Source of the DNA: Anaeromyxobacter sp.
GTDB taxonomy: Bacteria; Myxococcota; Myxococcia; Myxococcales; Anaeromyxobacteraceae
Direction of reading: 5' to 3'
Assembly (NCBI GenBank): GCA_049840735.1
Contig: JASGJN010000022.1
Location: 640,001 to 704,000 of the forward strand
DNA: 64,000 nt
Both the position numbers and the translations under genes were made by a program. The notes below the pieces were generated by a model. It worked only from the letters and a program-made list of their open reading frames with translations. It did no database searches and was not told the DNA's origin. Numbering within the stretch: the first letter of the stretch is position 1; each line of letters begins with the position of its first letter. This document shows, piece by piece, positions 12,058-22,024 of the stretch.

Positions 12058-12068
12058 CCGGGTCGTCC

Positions 12069-12149
12069 CCCGTTCATCCTTCGACTCCGCGCCCCGGCGT
12101 GTCGCGCTCCCAGCGCGATGCCCGGGGCGCTACGCTCAGGACGAACGGG
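12069..12149. repeat. REP-like palindromic element (long form)
   Basis: CCCGTTCATCC-TTCGACTCCGC-[hairpin]-GCTACGCTCA-GGACGAACGGG. Confidence 0.8.
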
Positions 12150-12253
12150 TGGGTCCCGCGATCAGCCCGGACTGTCGGGGCGCCCACGGTCAGGCGAACG
12201 GATTCCTGCGCGGTTGTGCAGCCACCCCAGGCCGGGGTTAGACTCGCCGCCGT

Positions 12254-13051
12254 ATGCCCGCCCCCTCCGGCCCGCGGCTCGCGGTGGTGACCGGCGCCTC
12301 CGCCGGGATCGGACTGGCCCTCGCGCAGCTCATCTCGCGCGAGGGCCGTCCCGTCCTGGCCGTGGCCCGGCGGGCGGAGCGGCTGGAGGCGCTGGCGGAC
12401 GAGGCCCGGCGGCTGGGGTACGCGCCCATCACCCCGCTCGCCGAGGACGTGACCGCCCCGGGCGCGCCAGCCCGGATCGCCGCGGCGGCGGCCGCCCAGG
12501 GGGGCGCCGCCTGGCTGGTCAACAACGCCGGGTTCGGCGTCTACGGCCGCTTCGAGGGCTCGGATCCGGAGCGGGTCGCGGCCATGCTCCGCACCAACTG
12601 CGAGGCGCTGGTGCTGCTCACCCACGCCTTCCTGCCCGCGCTCCGGGGGGCGCCGGACGCCTTCGTGCTCAACGTGGCCTCCGCCGCCGCCTTCCAGCCC
12701 ACGCCGTACATGACGGCCTACGGCGCCACCAAGGCCTTCGTCCTCTCCTTCACCGAGGGGCTGGCCGAGGAGCTGCGGGGCGCCGGGGTGGGCGTCGGGG
12801 CCTTCTGCCCCGGTCCGGTGGCCACCGAGTTCGGGCGGGTGGCCGGCACCGGCGAGCGCTTCGGCACGCCCCCGGGGATGCTGGACGCGGCCCAGGCCGC
12901 CCGGCAGGCCCTGGCGCAGCTGCACCGGCGGGAGGTGGTGCGCGTGCCGCATCCGATCTACAAGCTGACGGCGGCGGTCTCGCGGCTCCTCCCCCGGGCC
13001 GTGCTCCGCCGCGTGTCCGGCCGGCTCCACCGGCCGACGGAGGGCGCATGA
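12254..13051 (+). CDS. Short-chain dehydrogenase/reductase
   Basis: TGASAGIG, NNAG and YGATK motifs. Confidence 0.95.
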   Translation: MPAPSGPRLAVVTGASAGIGLALAQLISREGRPVLAVARRAERLEALADEARRLGYAPITPLAEDVTAPGAPARIAAAAAAQGGAAWLVNNAGFGVYGRFEGSDPERVAAMLRTNCEALVLLTHAFLPALRGAPDAFVLNVASAAAFQPTPYMTAYGATKAFVLSFTEGLAEELRGAGVGVGAFCPGPVATEFGRVAGTGERFGTPPGMLDAAQAARQALAQLHRREVVRVPHPIYKLTAAVSRLLPRAVLRRVSGRLHRPTEGA

Positions 13052-13845
13052 GCCGCAGGCGTGGTGGTGGCAAGGATCCGGAGCCGTCCGGTGGCGTCCC
13101 CGCGGTCTACGAGGGGCCGGAGGTGCTCTCCGCGCTGCTGGAGCGGGCGGGCTCGCCCAGCACCACCGAGGAGGTGGTGGCCATCTTCACCCGCGCCCAG
13201 AAGGCGGGCGAGCCGCGGGCGGCGATCATCCCCACGCTGTTCCCGGCGGAGCCGCGCTTCACCACGCCGGAGGACGCGCGCCGGCTCTACGGCAACCTGT
13301 TCGGCCTCTGGGCGCGGCTGGCCTCCGGGCTGGGTGCCCACGACGACGCGCCGGAGGTGGTGGACGAGCCGGCCGCGCCGCCCGAGCTGCCGGAGCGCGG
13401 CAGCCAGCGCGGCGACACGCTCGCGCCGGAGGTGGTGGAGGCGGTCTGGAAGCACCTGGCCGCGTCCCCGCCGCGCGAGGTGCAGCGCCGGCGCGACCGG
13501 TTCGTCAACGCGCAGCCCGACCTCATCGCCTGGCTGGAGGGGGCGCCGCTGCCCGAGGTGGGCGGGGTGGCGGCCCACGACCTGGCCTTCGAGGCCTGGG
13601 CCATGTTCGACCAGGCCTTCGGCGAGCGGCTGCGCACCGTGGAGTACCGCGACCTCCGCTCACTCGAGGCCGAGCCCCCGCCGCTGGGCGAGCTCCAGCC
13701 GGCGCTGGCGGCCTACGTGGCCGAGCAGCTGGACACCATGGCCGACGAGAACCCGCCGCTGGGGCCGGAGGACCGGGCCCAGCTCGAGCGCGCGCTCGCC
13801 GCGGTAGGTGCGGCGCTCACCGGCGCGGTCGTCGAACCGTCGTAG
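13048..13845 (+). CDS. Hypothetical protein
   Basis: ATGA coupling to the SDR gene, GC3-rich codon pattern, plausible composition; no motif recognised. Confidence 0.75.
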   Translation: MSRRRGGGKDPEPSGGVPAVYEGPEVLSALLERAGSPSTTEEVVAIFTRAQKAGEPRAAIIPTLFPAEPRFTTPEDARRLYGNLFGLWARLASGLGAHDDAPEVVDEPAAPPELPERGSQRGDTLAPEVVEAVWKHLAASPPREVQRRRDRFVNAQPDLIAWLEGAPLPEVGGVAAHDLAFEAWAMFDQAFGERLRTVEYRDLRSLEAEPPPLGELQPALAAYVAEQLDTMADENPPLGPEDRAQLERALAAVGAALTGAVVEPS

Positions 13846-13944
13846 TCGCCGGGTGGGGTTTGGCGGTAGCATCCAGGGTCGAGGGAGTTCGCTCCCGGTC
13901 ACATCGCCCGGGAGCGCCGTCCGCCCGCAGGAGTCGCCCGCGCC

Positions 13945-15114
13945 ATGCTCAACATCGCCCTGTTCGGTCCACCCGGAGCCGGGAAGGGGACGCAGTCCGA
14001 GTTCCTCATCAAGCGGTACAACCTCTTCTACATCTCCACCGGCGACCTGCTGCGGAAGGAGATCGCGCAGAGGTCGCGGCTGGGCCTGGAGGCCCAGAGC
14101 ATCATCGCCAGCGGCGGGCTGGTCTCGGACGAGATCATCGTCCAGATCATCGAGAAGACCATCACCGAGAACACCAGCTGCAACGGGTTCCTCTTCGACG
14201 GCTTCCCGCGCACCTACATCCAGGCCTACATCCTGGAAGGCCTGATGGAGAAGCTGCACACGCAGCTCAACTGCCTCATCAGCCTGGACGTGCCGGAGGA
14301 GGTCTCGGTGCAGCGCCTCCTGGAGCGCGGCAAGACCTCCGGGCGCAGCGACGACAACGAGGCGGTCATCCGCAACCGCCTGCGCGAGTACAACCAGAAG
14401 ACGCGCCCTGTGCTGCAGTTCTACAAGGACCGCGGCATGTACGCCGAGGTGGACGGCGCGGCCAGCATCGAGGAGGTGAACGAGCAGATCACCCGCATCA
14501 TCGGGGCCGAGCTCTCCAAGCGGCTCTTCAACGTGGTGCTGTTCGGCTACCCGGGCTCTGGGCGCGGCTCGCAGGGCAAGGCCATCGCGAAGAAGTACGG
14601 CCTCGAGTACCTGGCCACCGGCGCCATGCTGGAGCACGAGATCCGCGAGGGCACCGAGGCCGGCAGGAAGATCGCCGCGCTCTACGAGAGCGGCCAGCTG
14701 GTGCCGGACGACATCGTGGTGCCGCTCATCGAGAAGAAGCTGGCCACCTGCAAGGGCGTGAACGGCTTCGTCTTCAAGGGCTTCCCGCGCACGCTGGTCC
14801 AGTCCTACATCCTCGACGGCCTGCTCAAGAAGCACCGCTCCTCCATCTCGCGCATCATCGAGCTGGAGGTGCCGACCCTGGAGCTGATCCGGCGGCTGGA
14901 CGAGCGCTCCAAGACGCCGGCCTGCATGCCCTACGACACCAGCACCTCCAAGATCGTCAACCGCCTGCGCGAGCATGAGGCCAAGACGGTGCCGGTGATC
15001 GAGAAGTACAACCAGGGCCACGCGGTCACGAAGATCGACGGCACGGGCACGTTCGACGAGGTGTTCGGGCGGACGTCGGTGGCCATCGAGGAGGGGCTGC
15101 GGACGATGCGGTAG
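13945..15114 (+). CDS. adk: Tandem two-domain adenylate kinase, copy 1
   Basis: Domain 1: GPPGAGKGTQ, STGDLLR, DGFPR, GRSDD. Domain 2: GYPGSGRGSQ, ATGAML, KGFPR. Confidence 0.9.
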   Translation: MLNIALFGPPGAGKGTQSEFLIKRYNLFYISTGDLLRKEIAQRSRLGLEAQSIIASGGLVSDEIIVQIIEKTITENTSCNGFLFDGFPRTYIQAYILEGLMEKLHTQLNCLISLDVPEEVSVQRLLERGKTSGRSDDNEAVIRNRLREYNQKTRPVLQFYKDRGMYAEVDGAASIEEVNEQITRIIGAELSKRLFNVVLFGYPGSGRGSQGKAIAKKYGLEYLATGAMLEHEIREGTEAGRKIAALYESGQLVPDDIVVPLIEKKLATCKGVNGFVFKGFPRTLVQSYILDGLLKKHRSSISRIIELEVPTLELIRRLDERSKTPACMPYDTSTSKIVNRLREHEAKTVPVIEKYNQGHAVTKIDGTGTFDEVFGRTSVAIEEGLRTMR

Positions 15115-15217
15115 TTCCCCTCGCTGCGACCCGGTTTCGCCCGCCGGGAGCCTCCCGGGCGGGGCAGAGCGCTGCGACTGATTGCCGCATCGGGGTACAA
15201 CGGGCTAGTTTGCCGAA

Positions 15218-16384
15218 ATGCTCAACATCGCGCTCTTTGGTCCGCCGGGCGCCGGCAAGGGGACTCAGTCCGAGTACCTCATCAAGCGCTACAACCTGTT
15301 CTACATCTCCACCGGCGACCTGCTCCGGAAGGAGATGTCCGAGAAGACGAAGCTCGGGCTCGAGGCGCAGAGCGTCATCGCCCAGGGTGGCCTGGTCTCG
15401 GACGAGATCATCGTCCAGATCATCGAGAAGACCATCACCGAGAACACCAGCAGCGACGGCTTCCTCTTCGACGGCTTCCCGAGGACCTACGTCCAGGCCT
15501 ACATCCTCGAGGGCCTGATGCTGAAGCTGAACACCTCGCTCCACCGGCTCATCAGCCTGACCCTGCCGGAGGAGCTGGCGGTGCAGCGCCTGGTCTCGCG
15601 CGGCAGGACCTCGGGCCGGAGCGACGACAACGAGCAGGTCATCCGCAACCGGCTCCGCGAGTACAACCAGAAGACGCGGCCGGTGCTCAACTTCTACCGG
15701 GCCAAGGGGATGGTCTCCGAGGTGGACGGCAGCGAGGGCGTCGACGACGTCCGCGAGCAGATCACCCAGATCATCGGCGCCGAGCTCTCGCGGCGGCTCT
15801 TCAACGTGGTGCTGTTCGGGCCGCCGGGCTCGGGGCGCGGCTCGCAGGGCAAGGCCATCGCCAGCAAGTTCGGCCTGCAGTACCTGGGCTGCGGCGCCAT
15901 GCTGGAGGACGAGATCCAGCGCGGCACCGAGCTGGGCAAGAAGATGCTGCCCTTCTTCCAGAGCGGCCAGCTGGTGCCGGACGAGATCGTGGTGCCGCTC
16001 ATCGAGCGGAAGCTGGAGCAGACCCGCGGCGTGAAGGGGTTCGTGTTCAAGGGCTTCCCGCGCACGCTGGTCCAGTCCTACATCCTGGACGGTTTGCTCA
16101 AGAAGCACGGCGCGTCGATCAACAAGATCATCGAGCTGCAGCTCCCGACGCTGGAGCTGGTCCGCCGGCTGGACGAGCGGAGCAAGAGGAAGGCGAAGCC
16201 CTTCGACGCCTCCACCACCATGATCGTGAACCGGCTCACCGAGCACGAGCTCAAGACCATGCCGGTGATCGAGAAGTACGCCCAGCGCCACGGCGTGACC
16301 AAGATCGACGGCACGGGCACGTTCGACCAGGTCTTCGACCGCGTGGCGGTGGCGATCGAGGAGGGGCTGCGGAGCATGCGGTAG
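15218..16384 (+). CDS. adk: Tandem two-domain adenylate kinase, copy 2
   Basis: Colinear paralogue of 13945-15114 with the same motif pattern. Confidence 0.9.
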   Translation: MLNIALFGPPGAGKGTQSEYLIKRYNLFYISTGDLLRKEMSEKTKLGLEAQSVIAQGGLVSDEIIVQIIEKTITENTSSDGFLFDGFPRTYVQAYILEGLMLKLNTSLHRLISLTLPEELAVQRLVSRGRTSGRSDDNEQVIRNRLREYNQKTRPVLNFYRAKGMVSEVDGSEGVDDVREQITQIIGAELSRRLFNVVLFGPPGSGRGSQGKAIASKFGLQYLGCGAMLEDEIQRGTELGKKMLPFFQSGQLVPDEIVVPLIERKLEQTRGVKGFVFKGFPRTLVQSYILDGLLKKHGASINKIIELQLPTLELVRRLDERSKRKAKPFDASTTMIVNRLTEHELKTMPVIEKYAQRHGVTKIDGTGTFDQVFDRVAVAIEEGLRSMR

Positions 16385-16388
16385 GGGC

Positions 16389-16733
16389 CCCTGGCCTTCG
16401 ACTCCGCGCCCGCTTCGCGGGCGCTACGCTCAGGCCGAACGGATCAAGCCCGGGCCGAACGGATCGAGCCCGGGCCGCCGAACGGATCGAGTCCGGGCCG
16501 AACGGATCGAGCCCGGGCCGAACGGATCAAGCCCAGGCCGAACGGATCGAGCCCGGGCCGAACGGATCAAGCCCCGGGCCGAGCGGATCGAGCCCGGGCC
16601 GCCGAACGGATCAAGCCCGGGCCGAACGGATCGAGCCCGGGCCGAACGGATCGAGCCCGGGCCGAACGGGCTGGCCCCCGTTCGGCCTGAGCGTAGCCGT
16701 CGCCTCGGGCGACGGCGGAGTCGAAGGCCAGGG
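16389..16733. repeat. Inverted pair of REP-like elements enclosing 11 tandem copies of a 20-bp unit
   Basis: Outer inverted repeats CCCTGGCCTTCGACTCCGC / GCGGAGTCGAAGGCCAGGG; unit GGCCGAACGGATCRAGCCCG repeated from about 16433 to 16669. Confidence 0.9.
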
Positions 16734-16742
16734 ACCTGCCCG

Positions 16743-17534
16743 CTACGCCCCCAGCCCATCCACGAACGCGCCCAGCGCCGCGTTGAACGCGGCCGGCTGC
16801 TCGAGGTTGGAGAGGTGCCCGGCGCCGGGGATGCGGACCAGCTTCGCCCCCTTCGCCACCGCGGCCATCTTCTCGGCCTCGGCGGGCGGCGTGCCCTTGT
16901 CCTCCTCGCCCACCACGATCAGCACCGGGCAGGCCACGCCGGCCAGCGTGGCGGTCGAGTCCGGGCGGCGGGCCATGCCGCGCTGGGCGGCGGCGACGCC
17001 GGCGGGCGTGCCGGCGTGGACGAGGTGCCGGACCTCCTTCACCACCGCCGGGTCCGGCGCGGCCCGCAGCAGCTTCGGCACCATCTCGTCCGCCACCCAG
17101 CCCAACCCCTTCTCCAGCGCGGTGCGGGCGAAGGCCTCGCGGCCGGCGCGCGCCTCGTCGCCGTCGGCGGCCGCCTTGGTGTCGCAGAGCGCCAGCCCGC
17201 GGAAGAGGCCGGGCGCCTGCCGGTACAGCTCCAGCGCCACGTAGCCGCCCATCGACAGCCCGGCCACCGCGGCGCGCTCGAGGCGCAGGTGGCCCAGCAG
17301 CGCCCGCACGTCCTCGGCCACCAGCGCCATGTCCAGCACCTCGGGCGGCGTGGCGCTCCGGCCCAGCCCGCGGTAGTCGAGCGCGACCACCCGGTGCCGC
17401 CCCTGCAGCGCCCCCACCTGGCCGGCCCACATCCCGGAGTGGAGCGGGAAGGCGTGCAGCAGGAGCACGGCGTCCGCGCCCCGGCCGGCGTCGAGGAAGT
17501 GCAGCTCGGTTCCGTTGAGGTGCGCGACGGGCAT
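16743..17534 (-). CDS. Alpha/beta-fold hydrolase
   Basis: LLHAFP, GLSMGG nucleophile elbow, GEED, AGHLSN. Confidence 0.9.
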   Translation of the reverse strand: MPVAHLNGTELHFLDAGRGADAVLLLHAFPLHSGMWAGQVGALQGRHRVVALDYRGLGRSATPPEVLDMALVAEDVRALLGHLRLERAAVAGLSMGGYVALELYRQAPGLFRGLALCDTKAAADGDEARAGREAFARTALEKGLGWVADEMVPKLLRAAPDPAVVKEVRHLVHAGTPAGVAAAQRGMARRPDSTATLAGVACPVLIVVGEEDKGTPPAEAEKMAAVAKGAKLVRIPGAGHLSNLEQPAAFNAALGAFVDGLGA

Positions 17535-17681
17535 GCGCTGCGTTCTACCATCCGCCCGCTCCGCCGGCGGGCCCGGACGGGGTTCCGGCCCGTCCGCGCT
17601 GCGGCGAATCCCGCGGACCGGCCCGACCTTCCGCGTTATGACAGGTGCCCGGCCCGCAGGGGCCTCGGCACAGGGGATCGG

Positions 17682-19136
17682 ATGACCGGACAGGCACCAC
17701 AGGGCGGGCAGCGGGAAGGGGTGGGCTACTTCGCCCGCTTCGGCGTGACCGAGGCCATGATCGCCCAGACCCTCTCCGCGGCGCTCTCGCGCGGCGGGGA
17801 GCACGCCGACGTGTACTTCCAGCACCGCGTCGGCTCGGACCTCGGGCTGGAGGACGGCGCCGTCAACCGGGCCTACGCCTCGGTGGAGCTGGGCGTGGGC
17901 GTACGGGTGGTGAAAGGCGACCAGACCGGCTACGGCTACACCGAGGACCTCTCGCTCCCGGCGCTGCTGGAGTGCGCGCGCACCGCCGCGGCCATCGCCG
18001 ACGGCCCCTCGCGCCCCGGCCCCGCCCGCTTCCACGTGGGCGTGGACCTGCCCGACCGCTACCCGCTGGTCCGCCCCTGGGACCAGGTCCGCCCGGAGGA
18101 GAAGCTGCCGCTGGTGGCCGGCATCAACGAGCGCGCCTTCGCCGCCGACCCGCGCATCAAGAAGGTGAACGTCTTCCTGCGCGACGAGAGCGGGGCGGTG
18201 CTGATCGCCGACTCCTCCGGCCGCATCGTCGAGGACGCGCAGCCCATGACGCTGCTCTACGTCTCGGTGCTGGCCGAGCAGGGCAGCCGCCGCGAGCAGA
18301 ACGGTTACAACGTGGCCGGCCGCGCCGGGTTCGAGTTCTACACGCCGGACCGGCTGGACCGCGTGGTGCGCGAGGCGGTGGCCCGCACCACGGTGCTCTT
18401 CGAGGCCGGCCCGCCGCCGGCCGGCGAGATGCCGGTGGTGCTGGCGGCCGGGTCGTCCGGCATCCTGCTGCACGAGGCCATCGGCCACGGCATGGAGGCC
18501 GACTTCAACCGCAAGGGCGTGAGCATCTACGCCGACAGGATCGGCAAGCCCATCGCCAGGCCCTTCGTGAACATCGTGGACGACGCCGCCAACGCCGGCG
18601 CCCGCGGCGCCATCAACGTGGACGACGAGGGGAACGCGGCCGGCACCACGCGGCTGGTGGAGAACGGCGTGCTGGCCACCTACCTGCACGACGCCATCTC
18701 GGCCCGCCACTACGGCGTGACGCCCACCGGCAACGGCCGGCGCGAGAGCTACCGCCACCCGCCGCTGCCCCGCATGCGCTCCACCTACATGCTGCCCGGC
18801 CCGCACCGCACCGAGGAGATCATCGCCTCCGTGAAGAAGGGCATCTACTGCGCCAACTTCTCCAACGGCCAGGTCAACATCGGCGCCGGGGACTTCACGT
18901 TCTACGTGAAGAACGGCTTCCTCATCGAGGACGGGAAGCTCACGCGCCCGGTCAAGGACGTGAACATCATCGGCAACGGCCCCAAGGCGCTGGAAGAGGT
19001 GGACATGGTCTCGGACGACCTCGCCATCGACGAGGGCGGCTGGACCTGCGGCAAGGACGGGCAGAGCGTGCCGGTCTCGCAGGGCCTGCCCACGGTGCGC
19101 GTGGCGAAGATGACCGTCGGCGGGCGGGGGAGCTGA
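17682..19136 (+). CDS. tldD: TldD metalloprotease subunit
   Basis: LLHEAIGHGMEAD zinc motif, TGNGRRESY...PRM, CGKDGQSVPV. Confidence 0.93.
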   Translation: MTGQAPQGGQREGVGYFARFGVTEAMIAQTLSAALSRGGEHADVYFQHRVGSDLGLEDGAVNRAYASVELGVGVRVVKGDQTGYGYTEDLSLPALLECARTAAAIADGPSRPGPARFHVGVDLPDRYPLVRPWDQVRPEEKLPLVAGINERAFAADPRIKKVNVFLRDESGAVLIADSSGRIVEDAQPMTLLYVSVLAEQGSRREQNGYNVAGRAGFEFYTPDRLDRVVREAVARTTVLFEAGPPPAGEMPVVLAAGSSGILLHEAIGHGMEADFNRKGVSIYADRIGKPIARPFVNIVDDAANAGARGAINVDDEGNAAGTTRLVENGVLATYLHDAISARHYGVTPTGNGRRESYRHPPLPRMRSTYMLPGPHRTEEIIASVKKGIYCANFSNGQVNIGAGDFTFYVKNGFLIEDGKLTRPVKDVNIIGNGPKALEEVDMVSDDLAIDEGGWTCGKDGQSVPVSQGLPTVRVAKMTVGGRGS

Positions 19137-19137
19137 C

Positions 19138-20463
19138 ATGGCCGCGAGCCTGCTCGAGCTGTCCCGCCAGGCGGCGGCGCTGGCCCAGCGCAAGGGCGCC
19201 CAGGAGGCGGCGGCCGGCTGCTACTCGGCTCGCCACGTGGAGGTGGCCTGGCGCGACGGCCAACTGGAGAAGGTCACCGAGGCCACCACCCGCGGCCTGG
19301 GGCTGGACCTCTACGTGGACGGCCGCTACGCCTCGGTCTCCACCAGCGACCTGCGGCCGGACGCGCTGGAGCGCTTCGTGGAGGACGCGGTGGCCCTGGC
19401 CCGCCGCCTCTCCCCCGACCCGCACCGCCGCCTGCCCGACCCGGCGCTCTACGCCGGCCAGGCCGAGGTGGACCTCGACCTGGAGGACCGCGGCCACGCC
19501 GCGCTCGACGCCGAGGCGCGCCGCCGCGCGGCGCAGGTCATCGAGGCCTCGGCGCGGGCGGTGCCCGGCGCCGGCGCCATCCTCTCGGTCACCACCGGCG
19601 TCTCGGACAGCGTAGGGGAGAGCGCGCTGGTCCACACCAACGGCTTCGAGGGCAGCCGCCGCGCCACCGACTTCTGGATCTCCGCCGAGGTGACGGTGAA
19701 GGACCCGGACGGCCGCAGGCCCGAGGAGTACGCCTCCTCCGGCGCCCGCCACCGCGAGGATGTCGAGCCGCCGGAGGTGGTCGGGCGCCGCGCGGCCGAG
19801 CGGGCCCTGGCGCGCATCGGCTCGGTGAAGGAGAAGTCGGCGCTGGTGACGCTGGCGGTGGACGCGCGCGCCTCGGGGCGGCTCGCGGGCGCGCTCTTCG
19901 GCCCCCTGGCCGCCTCGTCGATCCAGCAGAAGCGCTCCTTCATGGAGGGCAAGGTCGGGCAGGCGCTGGGCAGCCCGCTGCTCGACATCCGCGACGAGCC
20001 GCTGGTGCGCCGCGGCCTGGCCTCGCGCCGCTACGACGGCGAGGGGATGGCGGCGCGCCCGTTCCCGGTCTTCGAGGCCGGCACGCTGCGGAACCTGTAC
20101 GTGGACTGCTACTACGGCCGGAAGTTGGGGCTCGCGCCCACCACCGGGCGCGCCTCCAACCTGGCCTGGAGGCTGGGCGACCGCTCGCCGGCCGAGCTGC
20201 TCTCCGCCATGGGCGAGGGCATCCTCGTGACCGGCTTCCTGGGCGGCAACTCCAACTCCACCACCGGTGACTTCTCGCTGGGCGTGCGCGGCTTCATGGT
20301 GCGCGGCGGGCAGCCCGCCGAGCCCATCGGCGAGATGAACGTCTCGGGCAATCACCTGGAGCTGTGGCGCCGGCTGGCGGCGGTGGGCAACGACCCCTAC
20401 CGCTACTCGGCCATGCGCACGCCCACGCTGGTGTTCGAGGGGGTGCAGATCGCCGGCACCTGA
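19138..20463 (+). CDS. pmbA: PmbA/TldE family protein
   Basis: Directly follows tldD; YDGEG, TTGDFSLG and EMNVSGN motifs; lacks the HExxxH motif. Confidence 0.88.
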   Translation: MAASLLELSRQAAALAQRKGAQEAAAGCYSARHVEVAWRDGQLEKVTEATTRGLGLDLYVDGRYASVSTSDLRPDALERFVEDAVALARRLSPDPHRRLPDPALYAGQAEVDLDLEDRGHAALDAEARRRAAQVIEASARAVPGAGAILSVTTGVSDSVGESALVHTNGFEGSRRATDFWISAEVTVKDPDGRRPEEYASSGARHREDVEPPEVVGRRAAERALARIGSVKEKSALVTLAVDARASGRLAGALFGPLAASSIQQKRSFMEGKVGQALGSPLLDIRDEPLVRRGLASRRYDGEGMAARPFPVFEAGTLRNLYVDCYYGRKLGLAPTTGRASNLAWRLGDRSPAELLSAMGEGILVTGFLGGNSNSTTGDFSLGVRGFMVRGGQPAEPIGEMNVSGNHLELWRRLAAVGNDPYRYSAMRTPTLVFEGVQIAGT

Positions 20464-20512
20464 TCGGTCCATGGGTTTGCCAACGCGCGGCGTCGTCCAC
20501 ACTCCTTGTGTG

Positions 20513-20869
20513 ATGGCCTGCGTGCTGGTCGTGGACGATGAGGCGGACATCCGCCAGGCGGTCTCCGAGATCCTGGCGGACGAGGGCTACGTGGTGGTCG
20601 GGGCGCGGGACGGCGCCGAGGCGCTGGCCCAGGCGCGCGCCGCGCACCCGTCGCTGGTGCTCCTGGACCTGATGATGCCGCGCATGAACGGCTGGGAGTT
20701 CCGCGAGGCGCAGCGGCAGGATCCGGAGCTGGCGAAGATTCCGGTGGTGGTCCTGTCAGCCCTGGCCCGCGACAAGGGCATCGACGCCAGCGGCTACATC
20801 GAGAAGCCGTTCGACCTGGACGACCTGCTCACCGCCGTCCGGCGTCATACGGGGCCCCCCTCGGCCTGA
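20513..20869 (+). CDS. Single-domain response regulator
   Basis: VLVVDDE...LLDLMMPRMNG...KPF. Confidence 0.9.
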   Translation: MACVLVVDDEADIRQAVSEILADEGYVVVGARDGAEALAQARAAHPSLVLLDLMMPRMNGWEFREAQRQDPELAKIPVVVLSALARDKGIDASGYIEKPFDLDDLLTAVRRHTGPPSA

Positions 20870-21291
20870 ACCCGCCGCGCTGGTGGACCACCAGCAGCGC
20901 AGGCGGCTTGCGCCCTGGCGTCAGCGCCGCCGCGCCGGCGCGCGCCGCCTCCACCGCCCGTGCGACCTGGTCGGCCGCCGCCGGCTCGGCCTCCAGCGCC
21001 TCGCAGGCGGAGGCCAGCACCTCGCCGACGAGCCGCCACTCGCCGTCCAGATCCTCGGCCGCGCCGCCGGCCACCCGGAGGACGCCCACGACCTGCGCCC
21101 AGACGCGCTCGGGCTCGTGCCCCTGCACCAGCGCCTCGCCGGTGCGGGCCAGGAAGTCCTCCACCAGCCCGTCGAATCAGGCCGGGGAAGATCATGGGCC
21201 GCGCCTGCAGCCGCGCCGCCCGCCAGATGCGGGCCAGGTCGAAGGCGGAGGCCCGCAGGGCGTCTCCGGCGCGGCGCGCGTCCAGCCTCAC
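20829..21291 (-). CDS. Hypothetical protein (frameshift at about 21175)
   Basis: GTG start overlaps the upstream stop; removing one base at GAATC 21174 gives a continuous ...PGLIDGLVEDFLAR... frame. Confidence 0.6.
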
Positions 21292-21950
21292 GCCACACCT
21301 CCCTGCTCGAGCAGCCAGGCGATCGAGGCCTCGGCCTCGCGCTGCAGGCCGGGCAGGTCCTCGCCGCAGAGGTGGGTCGCCCCGGGGAGCGGCGTGAGCC
21401 GGCGCGGTCCGGCCGAGCCGGCCAGCGCGGCCGCCACCTCCGCCGGCGTCCCGAACTCGTCGCGCTCCGCCTGCACCACCGCCAGCGGCCGCCTCACCGC
21501 CCGCACGTCGGCCGCGTCGCGCGCGGCGTCCAGGTCGGCGTCGGCGGAGCGGAGCGCGAGCCCGGCCAGCAGGAGGCCGGCCACCCCGGGCCGCGCGCTG
21601 CCGGCCTTCACCGCCATCCAGGCGCCGAAGGAGAAGCCGCACACCAGGAGCGGCGCGCCGGGGTGGGTGGCCTCCAGCGCCTCCAGCGCCGCGCGGGCGT
21701 CGTCCGCCTCGCCGCGGCCGCCGTCGTAGGCGCCGGCGCTCCGGCCCACCCCCCGGTAGTTGAACCGCAGCGAGCGCCCGCCGGCAGCGCGCACCGCCTT
21801 GGCCAGCCGGTAGGTGGCGTGGTTGTGCATGGTGCCGCCGAACCGGGGGTGCGGATGGCAGACGAGCGCCAGGAACCGGGCGTCCTCCGGCCCTTCCAGC
21901 AGCGCTTCGATGCGGCCCGCGGGCCCCGTCAGGTCCACCTGCACTGGCAT
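21288..21950 (-). CDS. Alpha/beta hydrolase (HPHP-GGTM type)
   Basis: CHPHPRFGGTMHN, RFNYRGVGRSAG, GFSFG. Confidence 0.9.
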   Translation of the reverse strand: MPVQVDLTGPAGRIEALLEGPEDARFLALVCHPHPRFGGTMHNHATYRLAKAVRAAGGRSLRFNYRGVGRSAGAYDGGRGEADDARAALEALEATHPGAPLLVCGFSFGAWMAVKAGSARPGVAGLLLAGLALRSADADLDAARDAADVRAVRRPLAVVQAERDEFGTPAEVAAALAGSAGPRRLTPLPGATHLCGEDLPGLQREAEASIAWLLEQGGVA

Positions 21951-22024
21951 CCCCCAAAACCGGCCGGACTCTATAGCAGATTCACCCTCCGCCGGTTCCC
22001 TGCCTTTTGCTAGGTTGGACGGCC

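Noticed and set aside
16433..16669. CRISPR array or repeat-protein ORF (16430-16759)
   Set aside because: The 20-bp units have no unique spacers; the ORF is a by-product of stop-free repeats.
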